DNA of 64,000 bases, taken from positions 32,001 through 96,000 of the forward strand of contig CAWIEK010000063.1 in NCBI GenBank assembly GCA_963835065.1, written 5' to 3'. The notes beneath the pieces are model-generated. The model ran no database searches, had not been told where the DNA came from, and worked only from the letters and a program-made list of their open reading frames with translations. This stretch comes from an uncultured Chthonomonadaceae bacterium (GTDB lineage Bacteria > Armatimonadota > Chthonomonadetes > Chthonomonadales > Chthonomonadaceae). The stretch's first letter is position 1; every line of letters begins with the position of its first letter. A program made the position numbers and the translations under genes. Shown piece by piece: positions 20,547-29,735 of this stretch.

Positions 20547-22181
20547 GTGATTTCTATGGTTCAACAACATCAACGGCGGCGTAATACGCGCCGTAAGCGG
20601 CAAGCCCGCGCCCTCTGCCTGGCGTTTGCAATGACGCTCCTGCTTGGCTGCGTGGTGGCGCAGCGTTTTGCGCATACTCAACAGGGCCGGACGCGCGCCA
20701 AGGCAATGCGGCTGACGCCGGTTCGTTATCAGGCGCGAACAACACAAGCGGCGGAGCAGTCCACTCCCCCGGCTTCGGTTCCCTCGGTTTCCGTTCTGGT
20801 GGACGCGCGGGAAACTGCTGCCGCCGACCTGCCTTCGCTGACCGACGCGCTGCGCGGGTCTGCCCTGTCCCCCGACATTCTCAGCGCGGTTACCAGCCCT
20901 TCCGATACGATTTCAAAGGCGCGTCCCAATTGGTTTGATTGGGCGCATCTGGATGCCAAACGCGCCCACCTTCAGGTAAACGCCGCCCCCACGATTGACG
21001 CGAATAGCCTGGGCGCGTACGCCACGCGCGGTGATTGGGGAATGTCACTGTGCCTGGTCAACAAAACCAATGCCCGCTTGCTGACAACCGCGCAACTTCG
21101 CCTGCCAGGCGGCGTCTATACCATTGAGCGGCTCACGTTAGGGGCAGAAGAGAAGAAGAGAAGAAGAGAAGAAGAGAAGACGGAGGAGGGAACAGGGAAC
21201 AGGGAACAGGAAACAGAAAGAAATGCTGAACGCGGAATGATGAATGATGAATTGAATTCCCATTCATCACTCATCACTCAGCACTCAGCATTGTCTTCCC
21301 CCTCAACCCTCAACTCTCAACCCTCAACTCACTTAGCCCGTCTCGAAGGCTGCGATTTCGGCAGCGCGGGAACGGTTCGCAAGGTGTTTTGTTTGGAGCC
21401 GGGGCAGGTGTGTATTTATCGCTGCATGGACTCGGCGCGGGAAGCGCGGGGGGCGTGGTACGATGTATTTGCGCAATTGCGCGTGATGGGAGCGCGGCAG
21501 TCCGGGCCGGCGCGGCGCTTGAGTACCATGCTGCGCGAAGCGAACGGGTATGTGGCGGGCGTACGCGGCGGGGGCGGCAAATACGGGCGCGACTCGCGGC
21601 TGGAATGTGTCCACCATCTGCTGCTCATCACCGCGCAGGCGCACTCGCTGCACCATAATTACCAGATGCGGCACACCGTAGACGAGGAAACTGGAAATCA
21701 CGTGATGGCAGCGCTGGATCGCCTGACCACGTCGCTTTCCGAAACCAGCGCGGCCCTGTTGGGCCTGGTTCCGCAGGTATCGGTTGCCTCCAATCCCGTT
21801 TCAAGCGCTCAAGCGCGAACCATAGGCGCGACGCGGGAACAAACGGAAACTTTCACAGCGAATAAAAAGGAATTCAATCCCAACGCGCCGAATATGCAGA
21901 TGCGTCCTGAACGCGCCGTCACGGTTTCTCTGGAAAATACGGGCGGGCGCAGCGTCAGCAACGTCAAATTGGGTTTGAACATGGCCGGGATGTCAGGCGG
22001 CTTGACCTGTGAGCCTGCCGACCCCGCTTATTTCGATGTCCTTCGTCCCGGTCAAAGCATCCGCGCCGTCTTTCATGTGCGCAGCGTATCGGGCGCGGAT
22101 TTGTCAGACACGCTGTTTACGGGCGATGTCTCCTATTTTGCAGGCACGGCTCCCGCGCACTTGCGCCCGCGCGCCTGGTGA
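20547..22181 (+). CDS. Hypothetical exported protein with low-complexity repeat insertion and C-terminal Ig-like domain
   Basis: 544-aa ORF with N-terminal hydrophobic helix. Repeat-derived segment at 21147-21330. Confidence 0.6.
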   Translation: MISMVQQHQRRRNTRRKRQARALCLAFAMTLLLGCVVAQRFAHTQQGRTRAKAMRLTPVRYQARTTQAAEQSTPPASVPSVSVLVDARETAAADLPSLTDALRGSALSPDILSAVTSPSDTISKARPNWFDWAHLDAKRAHLQVNAAPTIDANSLGAYATRGDWGMSLCLVNKTNARLLTTAQLRLPGGVYTIERLTLGAEEKKRRREEEKTEEGTGNREQETERNAERGMMNDELNSHSSLITQHSALSSPSTLNSQPSTHLARLEGCDFGSAGTVRKVFCLEPGQVCIYRCMDSAREARGAWYDVFAQLRVMGARQSGPARRLSTMLREANGYVAGVRGGGGKYGRDSRLECVHHLLLITAQAHSLHHNYQMRHTVDEETGNHVMAALDRLTTSLSETSAALLGLVPQVSVASNPVSSAQARTIGATREQTETFTANKKEFNPNAPNMQMRPERAVTVSLENTGGRSVSNVKLGLNMAGMSGGLTCEPADPAYFDVLRPGQSIRAVFHVRSVSGADLSDTLFTGDVSYFAGTAPAHLRPRAW

Positions 22182-22207
22182 TCAGTTACGAATTTAAGGT
22201 TTAAACT

Positions 22208-23931
22208 ATGCTTACAACTTCTATTCGAACTCGCGCGTTGTGTCGCTTTGGGCGGCCTCATTTGCTGCTGGCCCTTCTGGCGCTGTTTGGGCTGCTGGCG
22301 TTTACCGGCAGCAGCGTCCGCGCCGATGTGAAAGTCAACTTTGAACAAAAAGACGGCGGCAAAGTCAGCGACGTCGTGAAACTGGTCGTCAAGGCGGAAA
22401 GCGCATCCGGCATTGACAAAGTGGAGTTCCGCATTGACGACCAGTTGAAATACACCGACACCAGTACGCCCTACGAGTACGATTGGGATACGCTGGCCGA
22501 CAAGGAAGGGCAGCACACGCTGACCGCAACCGCCTTTGACTCCGACGGCCAAACGGCTCGCGCCACCATCAAGCTCACGGTTGACAACGAACTCAACGTG
22601 GGCGCGGATACGCTGGCAAAACGGGCGCAGGAGGCTCTGGCGAACAAGGATGTCGAGGGCGCGAAAAAGTTCAGCCGCCGCGCCCTGAAAGCCGATCCCG
22701 GCAACCTCAACGCCGCCCGCTCGCTGGCAGGAATTTATGTCGCCGGGCAGGATTACGATAAGGCGATTGCCACGCTGGACAAAGCGACGGGACTGGACAA
22801 CGATGCGACAGCCATGACCGATTTGGCCTCCTATCGGATGCGCCGCGCTCTTCAGCCCGATAACGCGCCCAAGTTCTTCAGCGAAGCGCAAACCGCCGCC
22901 GAACTGCGCCGTAAAGCCGGCGATTTGCTTGTGGCGGACATTGCCAAAAAGAACGCCGGCACAGATACGCCCGCCGCCCATGACGCCATCGGGGATGCGA
23001 TGATGCGGGCCGGGCGTTTCCACGATGCCGCTGCCGAATACTCCAAATCCGGTACCGGTGACGCCACGCCCATTCCCAGCATTAACCGCTACGGCCTTGC
23101 CTTAGTCATGGACAATCGCCCACTGGATGCCATTTCCGCCTTGCGCAACCTTCAGTTGGGCAAGCGCGACGATGCGCAGTCCCGCGCTATCATCGGGCTG
23201 GCGAACCTGCGGATGCAGCATTTTGCGGAAGCCCGCGATGCCGTAAAGCAGGACTTGCCCGACCATGTTCTGGCCTCGCTGATCGTCGCCTCGTATGCGG
23301 ACACGGCTCTGAGCGGCGCGTATAACACCCCTGCGGAGCGCAAACTCGCCGTTACGGCCCGCAAACTGGCGATTGACGAAGCCACGGACGCGGTTGCCCT
23401 TCAGCCCAATCTGGCGGAAACGCAGTACGCTTTCGCCATCGCGTCCACCAAAACCGAAGAGTCCGACGCGGCTCTCAGCAAAGCGCTGTACATCTCGCCC
23501 TTCGAAACCGGGCCGTACCTGGATTACGCTACCGAACAGGTATTCCAGAAGCGGCAGGATCGGTACGATCAGGCGCTGAATCTGACCGACCTGGTATTGA
23601 AGCAGGAGCCGGAAAACGTTCAGGCCAAGCTGACGCAGGCGCTTATCTACATCTACCAGAAGCGGTATACGGAAGCGCAGCCGCTGCTGGCCGACCTGCA
23701 AAAGAAGTACCCCGACTCGCCCGACGTGCTGACCACGATTGGCGTATTTTATCAGGCTAAAGGCAACAACGCCAATGCGGGCCAGTTCTTTGAGGCCGTG
23801 CGCAAATCCGACCAGAAACGCTTCAACTACACCATTCCGCCCACTGCGCTGGAACTGCTGCTGCGCCTGCGCGTCCTGCACTACCGCGCCGACTTCTTCC
23901 TGACGCCCGCCGCGCTGTATCCGGCTACGAG

Positions 23932-23935
<4 letters not shown>
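22208..23935 (+). CDS. Secreted Ig-like (Big) domain + TPR protein
   Basis: Signal peptide; IDKVEFRIDD..PYEYDWDT..HTLTATAFD; helical TPR-like repeats. Confidence 0.8.
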
Positions 23936-24074
<139 letters not shown>

Positions 24075-24076
24075 CC

Positions 24077-24862
24077 ATGAACACTCCTCCCCCCGGTTCG
24101 CCAATTGAAGAAGACGCCGCGTTTGTCGAGATTGCGCCGCTGTACGACATGCTGATGACGGGTGTGCCGTATACGGAATGGATCGTGTACTTACGCAAAC
24201 TGCTGGACGAGCGCAAGGCGCGGCCCCGGCAGGTGTTGGATTTGGCGTGCGGCACGGGCAATGTGTCGGAACTGCTGGCCGGCGAAGGCTTTGCCGTGAC
24301 GGGCGTGGATATTGCGCCGGGCATGATCGCGCAGGCGCAGGCGAAAGCGGCACAGGCGAATTTGCCGATTGCGTATGCGGTGCAGGACGCGGCTCTGCTG
24401 GATCTGCCGGGCAAGCGGTTCGATTTGTGCGTGTCCCTCTTCGACAGCCTCAACTACATCACCGACCCCCTCCGATTGCAGATGGCGATGGAGCGCGTGG
24501 CCGCGCACCTGACCCGCAACGGCCTGTTCATCTTCGACCTCAATACGGAATACGCCCTTGCCAACCACTTCTTTGACCAGAACAACCTGAGCAGCAAGGA
24601 CCGCCTGCTGTACGACTGGAAAAGCGACTTCGATCCGCAAACGCGCCTGTGCCGGGTCCACATGAACTTTCGCTATACGGCGGAAGAGGGAACGGAGCGC
24701 GTATTCGAGGAAGTCCACTGGCAGTACGCTTACCGCACGGAGGAGATCGTTGCCATGCTGGAGCAGGCGGGTTTCGACCAGATCGCCACCTACAAAGCCT
24801 ACACCCTGCGCCAGCCCGTCCGCACTTCCGACCGCATCTTCTACGTCGCCCGCCGCCCGTAA
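24077..24862 (+). CDS. Class I SAM-dependent methyltransferase
   Basis: VLDLACGTG, GVDI, FDSLNY, GLFIFDLNT. Confidence 0.9.
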   Translation: MNTPPPGSPIEEDAAFVEIAPLYDMLMTGVPYTEWIVYLRKLLDERKARPRQVLDLACGTGNVSELLAGEGFAVTGVDIAPGMIAQAQAKAAQANLPIAYAVQDAALLDLPGKRFDLCVSLFDSLNYITDPLRLQMAMERVAAHLTRNGLFIFDLNTEYALANHFFDQNNLSSKDRLLYDWKSDFDPQTRLCRVHMNFRYTAEEGTERVFEEVHWQYAYRTEEIVAMLEQAGFDQIATYKAYTLRQPVRTSDRIFYVARRP

Positions 24863-25488
24863 GGGCTTTGCCATGAACAGAAGCAAGCATTTGTTGGTGA
24901 AGGTAGAACAGGAAGATACCGGCTGAAACAGCAGTGGTTTACACGGTTTGACCATCATGGAGATTGTCTAAACTGAATGGCTACCTTCTTATGGAAGTAT
25001 TGCGAAGCCGTTATTAATCGTGTGCGTTATGGATCGTTGCCAAAGGCAGAAGCGCGGATACGCGACAAGACAAGCGGGGAAACAGTTGTTGTCTTCACAG
25101 TCAGCGACGCTTTTGTGTTTACAGGAATGGTTTATAATGTTCGCAGGAGGACAGGAACATGAGTCTGACACTCGACGATACACGCCTGCTATATAGCCCA
25201 ACTTGTGCCTTATGTAAGCACCTCAAATCCGCTATGACGCCGATGTGTGATGCTTTTCCCACAGAAAACGGCATCCCGGACGAAATCTGGACGGGAAGGA
25301 ACGATCATCATCAGCCCTATCCCGGTGATCACGGTATTCAGTTTGAACATCGGAAGCAACCGACCAAAGCGGCGTCACAAGAAACCGTTTCGCGTTGATG
25401 CTGTTGTAGCAATGGCGGCTGCCCCGCCCAGTCTAATAAAATCGCCTGCGCCCTCCCGTCTGCATCTTCTACGTCGCCCGCCGCCCGT
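24834..25488 (+). repeat. 27-bp exact direct repeat duplicating the methyltransferase 3' end
   Basis: GCATCTTCTACGTCGCCCGCCGCCCGT at 24834-24860 and 25462-25488. Confidence 0.95.
25159..25398 (+). CDS. Small Cys/His protein, paralogue 1 (CxxCxH..CxAFP..GIP..PYxGDHG)
   Basis: AGGAGG at 25145-25150 and TATAAT at 25133-25138. Clear similarity to 28222-28440 and 29385-29639. Confidence 0.85.
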   Translation: MSLTLDDTRLLYSPTCALCKHLKSAMTPMCDAFPTENGIPDEIWTGRNDHHQPYPGDHGIQFEHRKQPTKAASQETVSR

Positions 25489-25500
25489 GAGGTGTTGCTT

Positions 25501-26340
25501 ATGCCCTGCGCCCTTGTGCTGCCATTGAAACCTCTGAATGTCGCGCCGATGCCCGAAGCCGTCAATGACTGCGCCCACGCCGCGTTTTTCGCACTGATTG
25601 ACAGCGTGGATGCGTTGTTGGCGCAGCGTCTGCATGGCATGGAGGAGCGCAAGCCGTTCACGCTGTGCCCGCTGTACGGAGAACCGCGCGGCAAGGATGC
25701 GCGGACGGGCGGCCCCCTTGTGCCAAGCGGCCTGCGCCTGACCCTGCTGGATGACGCGCTGTTTGCGGTTGTCGCGCACGCGCTGCTGGCGAATACAGCC
25801 GGGGCAATCCTGCGGCTGGGTGAGGCGCATTTCACGCCAACGGCGGTGTGGGTGACGGCGGACGCGCATCCGCTGGCGGGGCAGGCGGCGTATGCGGATT
25901 TGTACGGGAAGGTGGAGTCGCCCGAAACATTGACCGTGACCTTTGAAACGCCAACAGTGTTTCGGTCGCAGAAGCGCGATGTGCTGTGGCCGGAGGCGCG
26001 TTTGCTGTGGCAGTCGTGGGCGCGGGCATGGGCGGCGTTTGCGCCTTCCGTGTGCCGTCTGCCGGACGAAGCGCAAATTCTGGACTGGGCGACGCAAACG
26101 GGGGTGACAGGGCATAAACTGCAAACGCGAACCGTGCCGTTGACGGGAAGCGGGCAGGCGGGTTTCACGGGGTTTTGCGCCTACGACCTGAGCGCCCTGC
26201 CCCTGGAAGCGCGGCGAACCTTGAATACTCTGGCCGCCTTCGCCTTTTACGCGGGCACGGGCCGCAAAACCGCGATGGGCATGGGGCAAACGCGCTGCCA
26301 GCCGAACCAGCGCAAGCAAGGGATAAGGGATAAGAGATAA
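25501..26340 (+). CDS. cas6: CRISPR pre-crRNA processing endoribonuclease Cas6
   Basis: N-terminal HAAFF, KPFT, FETPTVFR, GFTG, and C-terminal G-loop FAFYAGTGRKTAMGMGQ. Adjacent to arrays. Confidence 0.92.
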   Translation: MPCALVLPLKPLNVAPMPEAVNDCAHAAFFALIDSVDALLAQRLHGMEERKPFTLCPLYGEPRGKDARTGGPLVPSGLRLTLLDDALFAVVAHALLANTAGAILRLGEAHFTPTAVWVTADAHPLAGQAAYADLYGKVESPETLTVTFETPTVFRSQKRDVLWPEARLLWQSWARAWAAFAPSVCRLPDEAQILDWATQTGVTGHKLQTRTVPLTGSGQAGFTGFCAYDLSALPLEARRTLNTLAAFAFYAGTGRKTAMGMGQTRCQPNQRKQGIRDKR

Positions 26341-26529
26341 GAGTATGTAGAGTCATCGTCGAAATCTTGGCAATGCAGCGCTTCCAGCCCGATGTCTCAT
26401 TGTGTCAAATTGTAGGAGAGAGGCGTCGTGGCCTCCAAAGCGTCAGGGCGAACGGGAGGGGTGGGACATGGGCCTGTACCTCCTTTGCTGAGTGAGTAGT
26501 TGATAGTTGATAGTTGATAGTTGATAGGA

Positions 26530-26922
26530 ACTACCAACGTTCAGCCTTTGTGCCTGGATAGTAGACACTTGTGCTATTTAGACAGGATGTGTGGGGAAAA
26601 GGTTCACTGTTTTTGTGTTGTTTGGCTCTTTTTTTCATCTTTTTTCCATCTTTTTTGCTGGATGGTTGCTGTTGGCGTCGGGCAGGAAAGGGGAGAGGGC
26701 GCTTGCCTATTCCGGTTGGACCGGCAGGATTTGCCTGCCTGCCGGCGCGAACCGGAAGTGATGGCGGCGCACGGTAGAGGTTCGCGCTGGTTAGGAGGCG
26801 TTACACCGACAATTCCTGTCAGGAAGCGGTGAAATCATCAAAACGGTCGAAAAATATTTGCAAAAAAGTGGTAAAAGAAGGAGGAATATGTCAATCAAAG
26901 GCAGAATCAAGGCATACTACCC
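26530..26922 (+). promoter_or_regulatory. Putative leader of CRISPR array 1
   Basis: Non-coding stretch with A/T tracts directly before the first repeat. Confidence 0.55.
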
Positions 26923-28159
26923 GTTGCAACGCCCGTTTGCCCCTCACGGGGATTGAAACCGCTTAACTACATTCGCGAATCTTGAGTAACATTACGCCTC
27001 GTTGCAACGCCCGTTTGCCCCTCACGGGGATTGAAACTGCCGTCTGGAACGCGCCTGTCTACCTGTTCTGGGCGTTTCGTTGCAACGCCCGTTTGCCCCT
27101 CACGGGGATTGAAACCCTTGATTGCGTCAGCATCGATCGTCGAAGCATTTCATGTTGCAACGCCCGTTTGCCCCTCACGGGGATTGAAACCTTGACTCAA
27201 ACTGTGTAGTGATGTCACGTTGTCTTGTTGCAACGCCCGTTTGCCCCTCACGGGGATTGAAACCTGACACAATGTTGCAACTCGCATTCATGCGTTAACG
27301 TTGCAACGCCCGTTTGCCCCTCACGGGGATTGAAACATGCGTCTCGGCATGACTCGTACTCTAAGTACGCGTTGCAACGCCCGTTTGCCCCTCACGGGGA
27401 TTGAAACCGCAACATGCGCACTGCGCAGGTTGCAACGCCCGTTGCCTCTCACGGGGATTGACAACGCTCGATCTGCCAGTGCACGGCAGGTTGCAACGCC
27501 CGTTTGCCCCTCACGGGGATTGAAACGTCATTCGGCAGCATGCGTAAGCCAGGTTGCAACGCCCGTTTGCCCCTCACGGGGATTGAAACATCATTTGCTG
27601 CGTATCGTTATCAACGCGGATTGGGCATGATTGGCAAGTGTATGCAACGTCCGTTCGTTTGCCCCTCACGGGGATTGAAACTCTGTCAAGCTGCGATGCG
27701 GCAGTTGCAACGCCCGTTGCCCCTACGGGGATTGAACATTCGAATCGCGGCGCTAATCAGTTGCAACGCCCGTTTGCCCCTCACGGGGATTGAAACGATC
27801 TGCCAGCGCGTTGTCAGACATCGAGCATTGCGTTGCAACGCCCGTTTGCCCCTCACGGGGATTGAAACATCCGAACCTGCCGGATACCGCTCTCGTTGCA
27901 ACGCCCGTTTGCCCCTCACGGGGATTGAACGATGCCACCTGCAGCGTTCTGGCGCAGGTTGCAACGCCCGTTTGCCCCTCACGGGGATTGAAACCTTTGC
28001 AAGCCGGTCTTCCATGTACGCCAGGCTCACGTTGCAAGCGTTGCGCCGTGTGAATTGCAACGCCCGTTTGCCCCTCACGGGGATTGAAACTCAGACGGTT
28101 GTAATGTCGGCAGCGAAACTTTGTTGCAACGCCCGTTTGCCCCTCACGGGGATTGAAAC
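26923..28159 (+). CRISPR. CRISPR array 1: 18 repeats GTTGCAACGCCCGTTTGCCCCTCACGGGGATTGAAAC (37 nt)
   Basis: Counted by eye. Several central repeats carry indels and spacers range about 21-59 nt. Orientation from the ATTGAAAC 3' end and the leader. Confidence 0.97.
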
Positions 28160-28221
28160 TTAGGCGACAGCGGCAAATTGGTGTACAATAGAAAAAACCG
28201 TTCGGAGAAGGAGGCCAGGCT

Positions 28222-28440
28222 ATGAAAGGGCATATCGAATCCGACAATTTGCCTGTGGTAAGTCAAACATGTTTCAGTTGCCGCCACTGGCAACCAGGCA
28301 ATAGGACATGTGCCGCTTTCCCGGAAGGTATTCCTCTGCCAATTTGGATGGGTGAAAACAATCACCGACAGCCTTATGCCGGCGATCATGGCATACGCTA
28401 TGAATCAGTACAACAGCCCGTTTTAGCCAAAGCCTCTTGA
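28222..28440 (+). CDS. Small Cys/His protein, paralogue 2, located between two CRISPR repeats
   Basis: AGGAGG at 28209-28214 and TACAAT at 28184-28189. CFSCRH..CAAFPEGIP..PYAGDHG. Confidence 0.85.
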   Translation: MKGHIESDNLPVVSQTCFSCRHWQPGNRTCAAFPEGIPLPIWMGENNHRQPYAGDHGIRYESVQQPVLAKAS

Positions 28441-28460
28441 CACGAGTACGCGAAGCGCGA

Positions 28461-28567
28461 GTTCGATCCGAGCGCTTCCCCTCACGGGGATTGAAACTCT
28501 GCGTTTCCTCTCTGTCGAATAGATTTATAGAAGTTGCAACGCCCGTTTGCCCCTCACGGGAATTGAC
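28461..28567 (+). CRISPR. One-spacer mini-array with two different repeat types
   Basis: 37-nt GTTCGATCCGAGCGCTTCCCCTCACGGGGATTGAAAC (28461-28497), a 35-nt spacer, then an array-1-type repeat with degenerate end (28533-28567). Confidence 0.85.
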
Positions 28568-28585
28568 TGAGATTATCCATAGAAA

Positions 28586-28624
28586 CGCAAAAACACCCTC
28601 CTACGGGTTTTTCGTAAGAGGGTG
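28586..28624 (-). terminator. Intrinsic terminator (possibly bidirectional)
   Basis: Stem CACCCTC.TACG/CGTA.GAGGGTG at 28594-28624 with an A-tract on its left. Confidence 0.65.
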
Positions 28625-28676
28625 ATGTTAGAAGGGAAAGGCAGCGACAAACATTCAGGAAAATGGACGGCTATAT

Positions 28677-28994
28677 TCAGCAACCGGAGAGCGTGACGGG
28701 TGAGGACGCGACTACTTCAACGGGGTTGTTGGCGCTGATGGGAGTGAACTCCAGCAGAACAATTGCGATGCCGTTGCCAAGACGCTGTTCAATCACAATG
28801 TCTGCTTCCTCGCCGTTCCGGGCATCGCGGCAGAGCCTTTGCAGTAGTTCCGCATCCGTCACTTGCGCCATTTGTGAAAACAATTTGCGCTTGCCGTCCG
28901 GGCGCGTCACGATTTTGGAGTAGGCGAGCATCGGCGGTTCATCTTGCGTTAAGCCATGAATTTTAACGCGCATCTTTACGGTTGTCTCGATCAT
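28677..28994 (-). CDS. Hypothetical protein (105 aa)
   Basis: GGAGG-type RBS before MIETTV. Overlaps the end of the upstream gene. Confidence 0.6.
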   Translation of the reverse strand: MIETTVKMRVKIHGLTQDEPPMLAYSKIVTRPDGKRKLFSQMAQVTDAELLQRLCRDARNGEEADIVIEQRLGNGIAIVLLEFTPISANNPVEVVASSPVTLSGC

Positions 28995-29320
28995 TGTCTC
29001 TCCTCCGGCCACGCTGCAAAACCGGCAGACGTTCCAGCACGGGCGGCAACCTTTCCAAATCCTCTCCACTTCCGCCTGTCGGAATGTATTCCATGCGGAA
29101 CAGGTCAAAGACGCCTTCTTGATTGTACCGTCTTCCAAGCAAAATCACTTTGCGCATAACTGCGATCAGGAAAAACGCTCACCGAATACAGGCGCTGCCC
29201 TGCCTGATCGCCAAAGTACAAACTAAAGGTTGCGCCGCCGTTTGCCTCATGCAATTGCAAGATCGTTTCGGATGCTTGTTCAACGTCCTGTCTTGCAGGC
29301 AACTCCGTATCAGAGCGCAT
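28963..29320 (-). pseudogene. Hypothetical protein broken by a frameshift or internal deletion near 29160
   Basis: N part MRSDTE..NGGATFSLYFGD..LYSVSVFPDRS and C part LGRRYNQEGVFDLFRMEYIPTGGSGE are in different frames. Confidence 0.55.
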
Positions 29321-29384
29321 TAAGTACGATTTGAGAGTGTTTGCCACACGAATAGAATTCATCAACAGAACGGAATTGTCCTGC

Positions 29385-29639
29385 ATGATCAAGACGATAC
29401 AATGTGCTTTTTGCATCCACTACGAACCGGACAGAAAGCCACAGAGCGGCGAACAGAGGTCGCTTGCGCGTGGGTGTTGCGCGGCCTTTCCTGATGGCAT
29501 CCCGGAGGCAATGGTGGAGGGGCGGCATGACCACCGCCTGCCGTATCCGGGTGATCATGGAGTTCGATTAGAATTAATGCCGGGACTTACGCCAGCATTA
29601 TTGGGCGATTTGCCGGAGCCAATGCGGAAAGCCTCTTGA
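29385..29639 (+). CDS. Small Cys/His protein, paralogue 3
   Basis: CAFCIH..CAAFPDGIP..HRLPYPGDHGV; ATG at 29385. Confidence 0.8.
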   Translation: MIKTIQCAFCIHYEPDRKPQSGEQRSLARGCCAAFPDGIPEAMVEGRHDHRLPYPGDHGVRLELMPGLTPALLGDLPEPMRKAS

Positions 29640-29706
29640 CAGGCGCGGTAAACCAGCCCCTTTAACCGGATGATTCACATAAAATCTAAATTTGCAATGC
29701 AGCGTG

Positions 29707-29735
29707 TTGACAAATCGGCAAAAACGTTGTAGAAT
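29707..29735 (+). promoter_or_regulatory. Sigma-70 promoter in the leader of CRISPR array 2
   Basis: TTGACA-17 nt-TAGAAT. Confidence 0.75.

Noticed and set aside
25105..25140. Weak resemblance of the mini-array spacer to the paralogue-1 promoter (CreTA-like targeting)
   Set aside because: Only gapped, short AT-rich similarity with no contiguous seed.
29707..29719. 13-bp identity TTGACAAATCGGC with the tRNA-Gln promoter (58106-58118)
   Set aside because: Six bases are the -35 consensus; the remaining match is too short to be meaningful.
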